Positions 1-12,625 of a stretch of 64,000 nucleotides of DNA are shown one piece after another. How positions within the stretch are numbered: position 1 is the first letter of the stretch; every line of letters begins with the position of its first letter. The translations under genes and the position numbers were made by a program. A model generated the notes under the pieces. That model was not told where the DNA came from. It ran no database searches and was given only the letters and a program-made list of their open reading frames with translations. The stretch comes from Eledone cirrhosa (Eukaryota): NCBI GenBank assembly GCA_964016885.1, contig OZ024745.1, forward strand, positions 69,316,001 through 69,380,000. The letters run 5' to 3'.

Positions 1-1031
1 TCTATCCATCTCCCGAATTAATTTCATTGTCGATTGGTTTCTTGCCAAAAGCGACTTTTCTAACTTAACAAAATCTGTCTTCTGTCTCTTGTGTATTTCT
101 TTTGATAACTTAGATACGAAGTTGAGTTTCCACTAGGGCAAAGTCAACTTTCTTACTTTGGGCTTCCAATATTTGATATTGACGGGCGTCACATGCTCCT
201 TTTTTAAATTGCAATCTTTACCTAACCGAGGCTTGTCTCCCTTGTATGACTTGGTGGCAAATGACTAAGCACAAAGAAGCTTGTGTTTACTACGTAACAT
301 CAGTTAAAGATGCTGATGGTATTACTACCAGTTCTTCATGTTTATTCTCAACAAACGTCATCTGGATATTTTCCATTCAGGATATACCACCTCCATGTAC
401 TCTCAGTCAACAAGGTGGCTGATCCTGACGGTGTCTTTTCTATTATTCTAGAACCATAGTTCCGAACTATCGATAACAGGACCTAAGAAAGAAGATTCTT
501 TACGTTCATTGAAACTGCTCGAAATAACAATCATGCTACGTAAAATCACACTCTGTGAGGATCTTAAATCTTAAATCTGATAATAACATATCAAACCTGT
601 ATCCATGTCTCCTAAAATGTATAACGAAAGTGATATAGTCAAGGGTCTGCTAGATAGGAATTGAGCTGCGGTAAATCGACTCTCATCCCAACAACCACAA
701 CTAGCATCAACAATACTTTTAAACTTTCTCTCTCTACATGGATCAGTCTATAGTGTTTTTACTGTAAGGATTGTCCTTCTGGAGTGCTTTTTTGACATTA
801 CTGACTGCAAGCGTATCTCCCTGATTTTTAGCATCTAAAGTAATGATAATAACAATTGTAAACAACATACTTTCCCACATTGACTTCCACATTTCAACAA
901 TCCACATTACAGATGAACGTGAGTGGGATCTTGTTACCATACATTTATTCTTGGTCCATCCCGACGATCGTTACTTTATTTCCTTTATTACTCTCTCATG
1001 TTTAGGGCAGTACGTTCATTATCATAAAATG

Positions 1032-1036
<5 letters not shown>

Positions 1037-1102
<66 letters not shown>

Positions 1103-1190
1103 TCTCTCTCTTATCCTCTCTCTCTCTCTCTCTCTCTCTCACCCTCTCTCTCTCTCTCTCGCACACCATCTCTTTCTCTCACTCTCTGAC
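1037..1190. repeat. (CT)n microsatellite
   Basis: Direct dinucleotide run, degenerate at the 3' end. Confidence 0.95.
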
Positions 1191-3059
1191 CCTTCACTAT
1201 GTTAACTCTAGTCTAATCAAATGTCCACATCTTCTTTGTCCACACCTACATTTGTATGTGAATATCCTTTCGATGCTACTCCTAACCACACATTCCCGAT
1301 TGTATAGGGCACCAACCTTCACATCAAATTAGACCACAACATACAATTGTCAACCTCGGTGTCGCCATATTTGAATCAATTGATTATGGTCCTCTCCTTT
1401 ATATATGTCGGACATGACGATTGTGACCTGCACAAAAAGTGAGAGAATGTTAAATGGGAAAAAGGCCATTAAGTCCTGTATTGGACATTTAAAATCTGTG
1501 TCCGAACACAATCCATTTCTTCCAGAGAGTGAAAGTGGGAATATAATACTGTACTGAACTGATATTTTGCAAAGGATTCAAGCCGTTTCTTGAACTATGA
1601 AAGAAACTTCAGACATCCTAGCAGAAAAACATACCACTTAGCACGGGAACCATTATTGAACCCGAGCAATAACAGCACAGATGTCTCCATTATATGGATG
1701 ATACTGGAAAAATTTATCCCCTACTAGAAGCTATCTGAGAGCCGATCAGTTTAAAATATGAACGAAGACAATTCGTCGAACAATTCCGAAATTGCAATGG
1801 CAAAGAAACAAAAGTAATTCAAATCATTTATTTCAAGAAATTGTGTAAGTCCCAAGTTCTTGTTAAACAAATATAAAGTTATGAAAGGAAATATTGAATA
1901 TGAAATCCGAAATCAATTATGATTACTTTGTACGTATTTAGAATATGAAATTATGTTGAATTTCATATATTAAAATGTTCATTAATCAGATTAGTATGAA
2001 ATGGAAATAGAAGAGATAACAATGATTTTGTTATAAACAATATGTTTGATAAGAGTATAGAAAGAATGTTTCAAGGATTAAGAGACCACCGGGAACAGAT
2101 TATGAGCAGGGATATAAATATATGCTATTTGACATGTCAGGAAACACTATCATTTGAAATGTTATTGCAGGTGTTCTCATTCAAGACAATCGATTCATTA
2201 TTATAAATATATTGAAGTGGTGATTAAAAATTCTGCGGATAAACATAACATATATTGTAATAATTATTCTACAAATTGTAATTTTAAAAAATTAGCATTG
2301 GCAACTGTACTTAGTCGCACGATTGGCAGCAATTACCTGGCAGACATGCTTCAAATAATACCGTGTGGATGGGCCTTATTTTGCGTTCGTTATATTCTTT
2401 ACTCATTTCTATTTCTTATGTAGCCACATCATGTTCATGTAATGGTGACAGCCTTGCCTTTGTGATATTCTTTTAGTCATATTTTGAAATATTATAAAAC
2501 TCAGAATATAATAAGTCCAGGTTAAACAAGTAATATCATTGCCATTGCACTTTTAGGCAAAGAATAATATTTTTCTATAGGAATATAGGTAGCTGGCACT
2601 TCTGATAAGGAGTGAAATGTACGTGGTTGGGGTCATTTGCAGACTAATAGGTCTATATCCTCTTCCTGTACTCGATCTTTGTAAAGGTGTGATTCATTAA
2701 ATGTGTCCCGAATTAATTATCGCCGGTTTCCCATGTGGCAACGACATGTGAATACACTATTAAAGTTCACTTTTGAGTACTGTTACGATATTATATATAC
2801 AGGCGTTGTTTTGAATTCATTCAAATAAGATAACACATTTTCCCAAACATTTATTAATAGCGAAAGTATTCCTTTTCGTCTGATAGATTCGTAGAGGCAC
2901 CAGCAAAATAGACGGTGGCTTTTAAGACGTGTGAATCTGCTTAATCCACCCTTCTTCAAATCAGAAATCCAGTTATTTTATTTTTCCAGTTAAAATAATG
3001 AGAGAGAGATAAAATCGAGAGAGAAATACACAGGAAAAGACGACCTCTTTATGGTTCAA

Positions 3060-3270
3060 AAGGCGGTGAATTTGCAGTGTCGTTAGAGCGTCGGCCAACA
3101 TACTTTATGGCATAGGATCACGCCTTTACCATCTGAATTCAAATCCTGCCGAGGTTAACTTTCCCTTTCATCCGTAAGGGGTCGATAAAATAACATACCA
3201 GTAACGGACAGGGGCAGATTTAAACGACATTCCCCCCTAATAGTTGGCCTTGTGCTTAAATCAGAAAAGC
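3060..3270 (+). mobile_element. tRNA-derived SINE (family A), diverged copy
   Basis: A-box-like ggcggtgaatttgcag, B-box-like gaattcaaatcc, core gccgaggttaactttccctttcatcc...ggggtcgataaaataa shared with several other copies in the window. Confidence 0.8.
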
Positions 3271-3454
3271 AATATTTATGGCCTCGTATTGATGGAAAGC
3301 AAAGTTGAAATCGGGAGGATTTAAACTAAAAAAACAGAGTCAGATTTGTTAACAAATCTCAAGTTATTGATGTACTAACAACTGTACCACTTTGCCTTTT
3401 AGCCAGGATCTAGAGGATTGTAAATAAATAATTGTCTCCTGTACCAAAATGGTG

Positions 3455-3903
3455 ATATATATATATATATATATGTGTGTATGTGTGTGTGTGTGTGTGT
3501 GTATGTATGCATGTATGTATGATTGTATACATATATATATATACATACATATGTGTATTTCTTTGTGTATGAGTGTGTGTTTGTGTGTATATACGTGTGT
3601 ATATATGTAAGTATGTATGAAGGTATATAGGAATATATGTACGTATATATCAACATGAATATATATGTAATTATGTATGATGACACGTTATTAATATATT
3701 TAATATATTTAATATTCGTTGGCTTCAGGTGTAACCTAAATTCACTTTTGTTAGATAGCAATAATAGAAACGCAGAATTGTTAAAAAAAAAGTAAGAAAA
3801 ATAACAAGATTTTGTAAGGAGAAAGCGGATCATAATCTAAGAAAAAGTCTAAAATCTAAAATAAAGATATTTTGTACATCACATGAAAGTAAATATGAAT
3901 GAC

Positions 3904-3993
<90 letters not shown>

Positions 3994-4029
3994 CATATAT
4001 ATGTATATATACGTATATGTATATATATG

Positions 4030-4062
<33 letters not shown>

Positions 4063-4075
4063 GTATATATATATG

Positions 4076-4106
<31 letters not shown>

Positions 4107-4107
4107 G

Positions 4108-4138
<31 letters not shown>

Positions 4139-4230
4139 GTATATATATATGTATATATATACCTAGTTGTAAATACATAAATACACGTACATACCTAAAC
4201 ACACACATACATATGTACACATGTATATAT
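3455..4230. repeat. Compound (TA)n/(TG)n microsatellite region
   Basis: Simple-repeat runs at about 3455-3670 and 3904-4230. Confidence 0.9.
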
Positions 4231-4581
4231 ATATATAGTATATTGTATATTGTATATTCATTTTCATATAGACATTGATTTCCTTTGTAGTTGCAAAGGT
4301 AAGGCGAGAAACCGCGCGATGAAAAGCTATTGATGTGTGGTTCAACTCTATTTGATTTTCCTTCTACTACAACAACTTATTGAACAAAATGCGCTAGTTG
4401 AGAAAACAAACAAAAAGAGCAACAAGGTTTACATTCTTCTGAACGATTATCTGCCACGCATCGTTTTTAAAATGAATATAGCAGTATCAAGAATGATTTG
4501 TTGAAACCTCGAACACTAACATAAATATATGCAGACTGACGCAAATACATGTATACACACAGAGACCTAAACAGTCATAAG

Positions 4582-4674
<93 letters not shown>
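4582..4674. repeat. (CA)n microsatellite
   Basis: Direct run. Confidence 0.95.
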
Positions 4675-4678
<4 letters not shown>

Positions 4679-5385
4679 AAACACAAACACACATATATCT
4701 ATCTATATATACACATACATATAAACATCAGCGATATGTTTGCTTTAAAATGCGAGCGCAATCTCTTCTGATTCCACTAATTGAAATTAGGCAAACAAAA
4801 AAAAAAAAAGGAAAGAATAAGTAAGAACTGAAGTAAACATTTAAAAAGATAACACGTGTGGAAAATATTATTTTTATTATTTTTACATATTAAAATCTTC
4901 TTCTTCGTCTTCTGACACTGTTTTTTTTCACCAGTTTTTAACACGTGTTTTGTTTAAATGTGAGTTACAAATTGGAAATAGGTGGTCATATATTTACCTC
5001 AGTGACGGTGTACTTACAATATCTGGGTCAAAGAACCAGATCTTGTAATTTTATTTGCAATATACGCCCACAAAATAAAAAAATGTGGTGGTGACACCTC
5101 ATCGATCATTACAATATTGTGTAAAAATATTTTGCAATTGCAAATCACGACACACGAATTCAGTCAATATCCAATATGTAAAAACAACGTCACTGCGATG
5201 AATAACAGTCATAAGTACAAAAAACAGCAACAGCAGTAGCAACAATAACTACAACATCAACAAAAATAACATCAACAATAGCAGTAGAAAGAACGGCAAT
5301 TCCAACAACAACAACAGCAACTGCAGCAACGACAGTAATAACAACAGGAAAACAACAACAACAGCGACAGCAACAACAACAAAAG

Positions 5386-5520
5386 CAGCCGAGGCTGCTT
5401 TATCTTTCATCGTTCCGCTGTCAATAAAATAAAAGTACGATAACGCACTGGGGTTGAAATAATCGACTCTTGCACTCACTCCAAAAATTGTTGGTCTTGT
5501 GCTTAAATCTGAAACGATTA
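5386..5520 (+). mobile_element. SINE family A, diverged 3' part
   Basis: gccgagg...ctttcatc...aataaaataaaagtac...ggtcttgtgcttaaatctgaaac matches the SINE 3' half. Confidence 0.6.
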
Positions 5521-5543
5521 TTATTATTATCGTTGTTGTTGAC

Positions 5544-5724
5544 AGGGCGGGGAGTTGGAAGTATCGGAAACCATGCTTTGCAGCATAGAGTTACGGGCCT
5601 TGATGATCTGAGTTCAAATCCCGCCGAGGTTAACGTTGCCTTTCATCATTACGGGGTCGATAAAATAAAGTACCAGTAATGTACTGGGTTATTGCTGGCC
5701 TTGTGCCAAAAGTAGAAACAATTA
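5544..5724 (+). mobile_element. SINE family A
   Basis: gagttcaaatcccgccgaggttaacgttgcctttcatc...ggccttgtgccaaaagtagaaacaatta, nearly the same as copies at 31346 and 60182. Confidence 0.9.
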
Positions 5725-5895
5725 TTATTTTATCAATATCATTATTATTTTATCAACATCATTATTCAGCTGTTGACCACATTTTATTGATCTGTCTTCT
5801 TGGTTATTAAAATACTTGTAGAAAGATTAATTTAGAAATCATGCTACAATTTAGTTAAGTCGCCATCTAATTCTGAATGTTTACGTTGGTGAGGT

Positions 5896-6425
<530 letters not shown>

Positions 6426-6807
6426 AATGTTTGTATGTATGTATATCTAACATTACCTAAATTTATCTATGAAATAGTTTTCCAATGTATAATTTCATTT
6501 CCACCGTTGTGGGCTATTATAATTCAATGTTAAATTGTGAATATATTTAGATCGGCTGTTACCAAAATACAAATTATACAGAACATAATCTTACACGTAT
6601 ACGCATTTATTACTAGAAAAGAACATAACTAATACAACGTACAAATGTATCGATGTATTCACACACATACGCACAATCATTTATATTTATTTATGCAATT
6701 GCCAATATACACACACGCTCTCCCCCCTCTCTCTCTCTATATATATATAAATATATATATATGAAACCGTATGCATCTGTATATATATGTTGGTAGATAT
6801 ACTAATT

Positions 6808-6889
<82 letters not shown>

Positions 6890-7234
6890 ATATATATATA
6901 TATGGAAAGAGGACTGCGAACAAGAATAACAGGCATATTTGTCTCTCTTTATCTCGTGCGCATTGCTGGATAAATTATTCTGTGAAGGTGTATCTTACAT
7001 ATTTTCATATTATCCAGACTTCCTTATCAAGTTTCCTTTGATTGCGTTTGATTGTCATCGATTGAATCCGATGGCCCGTGTGCTAGTTGCTTGAAGAGCC
7101 TGCTCGTAGAAGGGGCATACATGTGTTTGAGATTTCCACAAACACGCAATTAGATGGGAGATTACACATGGCAACGTGTGTGCCATGTTTCCAGCTTAGT
7201 GAATTAGGGAAACATTCAAGGCAACAACGTTCCC

Positions 7235-7365
7235 TAACAACCCGAAACAGTACTTTATGTTAAGACTGTATGGATCTGAACAATCAATGATCACCGAATG
7301 GTACATCAGTTCCTGTTTTTCGATCAATCAGAACAACCATCGTAACCGACAGATGTCCCCTAGGA

Positions 7366-7370
<5 letters not shown>
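7235..7370 (+). repeat. Dispersed 135-bp repeat ending in a hairpin next to (TA)n (second copy 62660-62794)
   Basis: Two near-identical copies, both ending ...gacatca|tatata. Confidence 0.9.
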
Positions 7371-7439
<69 letters not shown>

Positions 7440-7595
7440 ATACTTTGGGAGGGTCATGTTGCCAATAAGGAACACACGCACCAGTTGATTTCACTTCAAT
7501 TTATTATTATAATAAATTTATAATAAATTTATAAATTTATAAATTTCTGGTTGGTTGGTTGGTTGGTTCCACAACCAGATAGTTGTTTATATATT

Positions 7596-7639
7596 GTCAT
7601 TAGTTCTTTCGTCACACACTCCGTGACCTCTTCAGTGAC
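7596..7639 (-). ncRNA. Minimal type I hammerhead-like motif (P1, left arm)
   Basis: Reverse strand reads GUCA CUGAAGA G GUCAC-ggagugu-GUGAC GAAAG AA CUA AUGAC. Confidence 0.55.
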
Positions 7640-7840
7640 TGGGGATTCCTTTCTTTGTTTCTGTGCCTCTCCTTTGTTCTGTCCTACGCCATTTTGTTTC
7701 TGTGTGTGCGTTGTGTGCTCAGTCTGCGCATGCGCCACATCCGGGTGTCTGTGTGTGTTTATGTTCATTTATTTATTTGTTTATTTACATGTTACTGGTT
7801 GGTTGTTTGTTCTATGTGTTTGTGTGTTTTCATTTTGTCC

Positions 7841-9272
7841 TTAACTGTAAGTTGTGATGTTGCTGTTCCACTCATATTTTCTATTTAATTTTGGTTGTAA
7901 TTCTTTTATGTTTATTGCCTCTGTAATTTGTCTAAACATTGCGTCTTTTCTGTGTGTAGATTCTATTTTTATTTCTATGTTCTCTAATTTACCCTTGTGT
8001 TCTATTTTAGCATGTTGGTAGAGTACAGATGATTCTTTACTATCTTGAAGGTCTCGCCAGTGTTCATTTATCCGTTCCCCTACACTACGAGCTGTCTCAC
8101 CTATGTACACTATATTTTTGTCTCTACATTGTCCTTCAGTACATCTTATGCTATACACTACATTTCTAGTTTTACAGTTAATATGGGGGCTTATTTTACA
8201 GGTTATACATTTCTTATCTATACATGAGTGTCTTTGAAAAGGGCATGTCTTGCTAATAAGTGTTTTTACGGAGGTACCTGGTCTTTCTACTATCTTAATA
8301 TTGAGTTTATGTTTATTTAGGGCCCTTCTAAATTTGTAAGCTAATTCACCTCTAGCGGTTGTATCGATGAACATTACACTCTGGTATTTATTGCTATCAT
8401 ACCATGAGTTTATTCTATTAGCCTTGTTCCTAGTTCTTTCTATTCTATTCCAAAATTTGCTGCTATACAAGGGGCAGGTCCCATTTATGTCATTATTTAC
8501 CATTTTGCCCATTTGGTTCTGGCTCCTCTATACACTCTGATTTTATCTCTCTGATTGTAGCCAGAGAACTGCATACGGTGGATGAAGTGTTGTATGTGTC
8601 TCTCTAGTTCTTCGGGGTTGCACATGCGGGACACGTTTCTCATCCCCCGTACCAAATCCTCAATCAGTATGTTGATTTTGGTATGGTCCGAAACGGCTGA
8701 GTTTCGGTGGATCAGATGTTTGGAAGTCATGGGTTGGCATAATGGGAATGGAGGATTTGTTTTTTGTTATTAATGGTATCTAACCAGAGCTCTGTGTCTA
8801 GTACAGGTAATCGATGGTTGGGGTGTCTACTTGGGTAGTCTATAGTAACTCTAATGCTCTGGTGGATGGAATTAGCTATTTGCTGGATGCTTTCCATTGT
8901 GTTTTTCTCTAGTTCCTGACTGTTCTCTAGTGGGGGTGTCTTAACTACGATGTTTATATCATCAACGTTGCGGGAGTACATTATCAGGGTTAAGGGCTCT
9001 TCTAATTGTTCTTTAAGCTTAAGTTTAAGTATACTGTCCCACCATACCATGAATAAGTTAGCTATGTCGCCTGCAATGCTAACACCAATGGCTGCTCCTT
9101 CCTCTTGGGCATATGCTTTTCCATTAAATTTGAACATATGTTCCTTAAGGGTTAGTTTTATGCTGGCACCTACCGCATGTGCAATCATTTTCTTCAGTTC
9201 ATCGTGGTTTTCGGGTGTCCGTATGGCTCTGGTCCACCCGTTCCATCTATCTGTGTGGGTTTTCTTGGCCAT
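7841..9272 (-). pseudogene. PLE RT C-terminal part plus GIY-YIG endonuclease, frameshifted
   Basis: FKFNGKAYAQEEGAAIGVSIAGDIANLFM, YSRNVDDI (YxRYVDD variant), LPVLDTEL; then Cys-rich linker, VVYSIRC...YIGETARSVGERINEH...EAINIKELQPKLN. Split over ORFs 8727-9272, 8497-8730 and 7841-8512. Confidence 0.9.
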
Positions 9273-9352
9273 TGAGGTAATGGTAGGACCTTAGCAAACT
9301 GTGCCCTACAAGACCAGCAAGAGGCAGACCACCTACCATTACCTCAATCAGA

Positions 9353-10048
9353 GTGTATAGAGGAGCCAGAACCAAATGGGAAAAAATGGTAAATAATGAC
9401 ATAAATGGGGCCTGCCCCTTGTATAGGAGCAAATTTTGGAATAGAATAGAAAGAACTAGGAACAAGGCTAATAGAATAAACTCATGGTATGATAGCAATA
9501 AATACCAGAGTGTAATGTTCATCGATACAACCTCTAGAGGTGAATTAGCTTACAAATTTAGAAGGGCCCTAAATAAACATAAACTCAATATTAAGATAGT
9601 AGAAAGACCAGGTACCTCCGTAAAAACAATTATTAGCAAGATATACCCTTTTCAAAGACCCTCATGTATAGATAAGAAATGTATAACCTGTAAAATAAGC
9701 ACCCATATTAACTGTAAAACTAGAAATGTAGTGTATAGCATAAGATGTACTGAAGGACAATGTAGAGACAAAAATATAGTGTACATAGGTGAGACAGCTC
9801 GTAGTGTAGGGGAACGAATAAATGAACACTGGCGAGACCTTCAAGATAGTAAAGAATCATCTGTACTCTACCAACATGCTAAAATAGAACACAAGGGTAA
9901 ATTAGAGAACATAGAAATAAAAATAGAATCTACACACAGAAAAGACGCAATGTTTAGACAAATTACAGAGGCAATAAACATAAAAGAATTACAACCAAAA
10001 TTAAATAGAAAATATGAGTGGAACAGCAACATCACAACTTACAATTAA
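9353..10048 (+). pseudogene. PLE linker plus GIY-YIG endonuclease, 5'-truncated
   Basis: 231-aa ORF with VVYSIRC...VYIGETARSVGERINEH; near-identical to the 7841-8512 product. Confidence 0.9.
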
Positions 10049-10249
10049 GGACAAAATGAAAACACACAAACACATAGAACAAACAACCAACCAGTAACAT
10101 GTAAATAAACAAATAAATAAATGAACATAAACACACACAGACACCCGGATGTGGCGCATGCGCAGACTGAGCACACAACACACACACAGAAACAAAGTGG
10201 CGTAGGACAGAACAAAGGAGAGGCACAGAAACAAAGAAAGGAATCCCCA

Positions 10250-10293
10250 GTCACTGAAGAGGTCACAGAGTGTGTGACGAAAGAACTAATGAC
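10250..10293 (+). ncRNA. Minimal type I hammerhead-like motif (P1, right arm)
   Basis: GUCA CUGAAGA G GUCAC-agagugu-GUGAC GAAAG AA CUA AUGAC, downstream of the GIY-YIG stop codon. Confidence 0.55.
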
Positions 10294-10507
10294 AATATAT
10301 AAACAACTATCTGGTTGTGGAACCAACCAACCAACCAGAAATTTATAAATTTATAAATTTATTATAAATTTATTATAATAATAAATTGAAGTGAAAGCAA
10401 CTGGTGAGTGTGTTTCTTATTGGCAACATGATCCTCCCAAAGTATAACAATATCGGTTTCAACACACGATTTCAGATAAAGAATCTTGCTAAACAAATTC
10501 AGAAACG

Positions 10508-10568
<61 letters not shown>

Positions 10569-10937
10569 CGTACATTCATCTATATATGTCTACTGTAAAA
10601 AATTTTAAAGATGTCGTGATGACAATTTTATACTATTTCTATAATGATCCGTGGGTGGGTGCCTTTGCCATTTTCTCAGAATGGTTAATGTACAGCGAAT
10701 GTTATTGACCCCAATCAAACAACACGAAAAATGACTAGAAGTAAATGTTGGGCTATTTAATATTTAAAGTATATCTGTAATTTAAAATTGGCAAACTTTC
10801 ACCTCTCAATATTATAATAACGCTGCCTGTCATTTATCTTTTGATGTATTTGAAAAGAGATCAAGTTTTATATATCACCTCAATTAAAAAGAAATGGGGG
10901 TTCCTAGTTAAAGCAAGGGGAAATAATTTATTTGTCA

Positions 10938-10949
10938 ATTATATATATA

Positions 10950-11045
<96 letters not shown>

Positions 11046-11071
11046 GAAGTGTACATATATATATATATGTG

Positions 11072-11135
<64 letters not shown>

Positions 11136-11153
11136 TATATATATATATATATA
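10938..11153. repeat. (TA)n microsatellite
   Basis: Direct run. Confidence 0.95.
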
Positions 11154-12220
11154 CATTGTCTGTTTCTTTCTTACTGCTTCCACTCTCACCTTCTTTTTAC
11201 CCCCTCTGCCAGTCACACTCTCTCTCTCGGCTGGTCTCTCCCCACACTTCCACTCACTCACTCTCTGCTTCTCCCCCTCTCTCACTTCCTTCAGTTTGAC
11301 CTGTGTGAAATCCTTTTCTCGCTCACATCTCACCCACTTCGGATGGTCTGTATCTCTCCTCAATGAATTCAACAAGCTTAAGCTTATAGATATCATGTAC
11401 TTGTTTCTTCTTATCTTTCCGTTGCAATACCATCATTGTTTTTTTACATGTCTCGCTCGTTTCACCCTATTTTACTTGTCCCAATAACTTTATTGAGTTA
11501 TTGCTCGCGCCAACTAGAGGTATATGATTTTTAAAGCGATGAAATACCAATGAAAGTTGGAAGATCACTGATAAAGGACTAATTTTATTCATATGTAACC
11601 CATGTGCAACCACGAAGCTCTCCATTTTTCTCATATATATATATATATAAATATATATAAATATATATATATAAATATATATTAATGCAACATATTAATG
11701 CTAGTTCATACTCCCGATGGACAGAATAACGATCCGTTTACCCCAGAGGCTAGTGTATCAGGTAATCTAAAAGACTGAGCCCACCATAAGAAGTTAGAGT
11801 GGTATATCAGTATCGTAGAGTGATGGCTCAAAGTTACAGGATAGAGTGGTAAATGCTTTAATCCGTAAAATGATGAAACGGCCTCGCAGGTGAGCCAGTT
11901 CAGCTCGGGCAACCTGTTCTTGAACGCGCCATGTAGGGAGGTGGTTCGGAGAACCATAGCGGCAATTGATTCCACCAAGAAATTTTAATTATAAAATGTC
12001 ATGAAAAATATCTACCTGTAGCTTCACTCATTCACAGTTCATTAAAACGCGATAAAATGCCCGGTTGATATAATTTTTCAGATAACCTACTGTTAGCCAA
12101 TGTTTAGTTCAGGGTAACATTCAATCTGTGCCAAAATTGCAATTATAGAATTTTCAAATCGACCGGCTTTATTATCGGAATAGATACAAAAATAATTATG
12201 ATTATTTTACACCATCAAGA

Positions 12221-12566
12221 TGTGTATGTATGTATGTATGTATGTATGTATGTATGTATGTATGTATGTATGTATGTATGTATGTATGTATGTATGTATG
12301 TATGTATGTATTTATGTATATACTTATGTATGTGTTTTTATTTATATATGTATGTACATATGCATATATATATATATATATGTGTGTCTGTGTGTGTGTG
12401 AATGTATGTTTGTGCTTATGTGCATGTGTGTCTCTGTCACTCCCTCTCTGTGTATATGCATATATACATAAACACATGTATATATGTATATATATATGTA
12501 AACACACACAGACACGCATACACACACACATACACACAAACACACATACACACAAACACACACACA

Positions 12567-12616
<50 letters not shown>

Positions 12617-12625
12617 GAGAGAGAG
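12221..12625. repeat. (TATG)n plus mixed TA/CA/TG repeats
   Basis: Direct runs. Confidence 0.9.

Larger units (their letters stand above)
7433..10510. mobile_element. Penelope-like retroelement (family P1): inverted pair of 5'-truncated copies in (TA)n, with a one-sided tail
   Basis: Arms 7433-8542 and 9346-10452 are reverse complements; RT and GIY-YIG coding remnants; tail 10453-10510; (TA)n on both flanks. Confidence 0.93.

Noticed and set aside
11706-11978. GC-richer segment with a 90-aa minus ORF
   Set aside because: No recognisable motif or convincing splice sites; cannot classify without a search.
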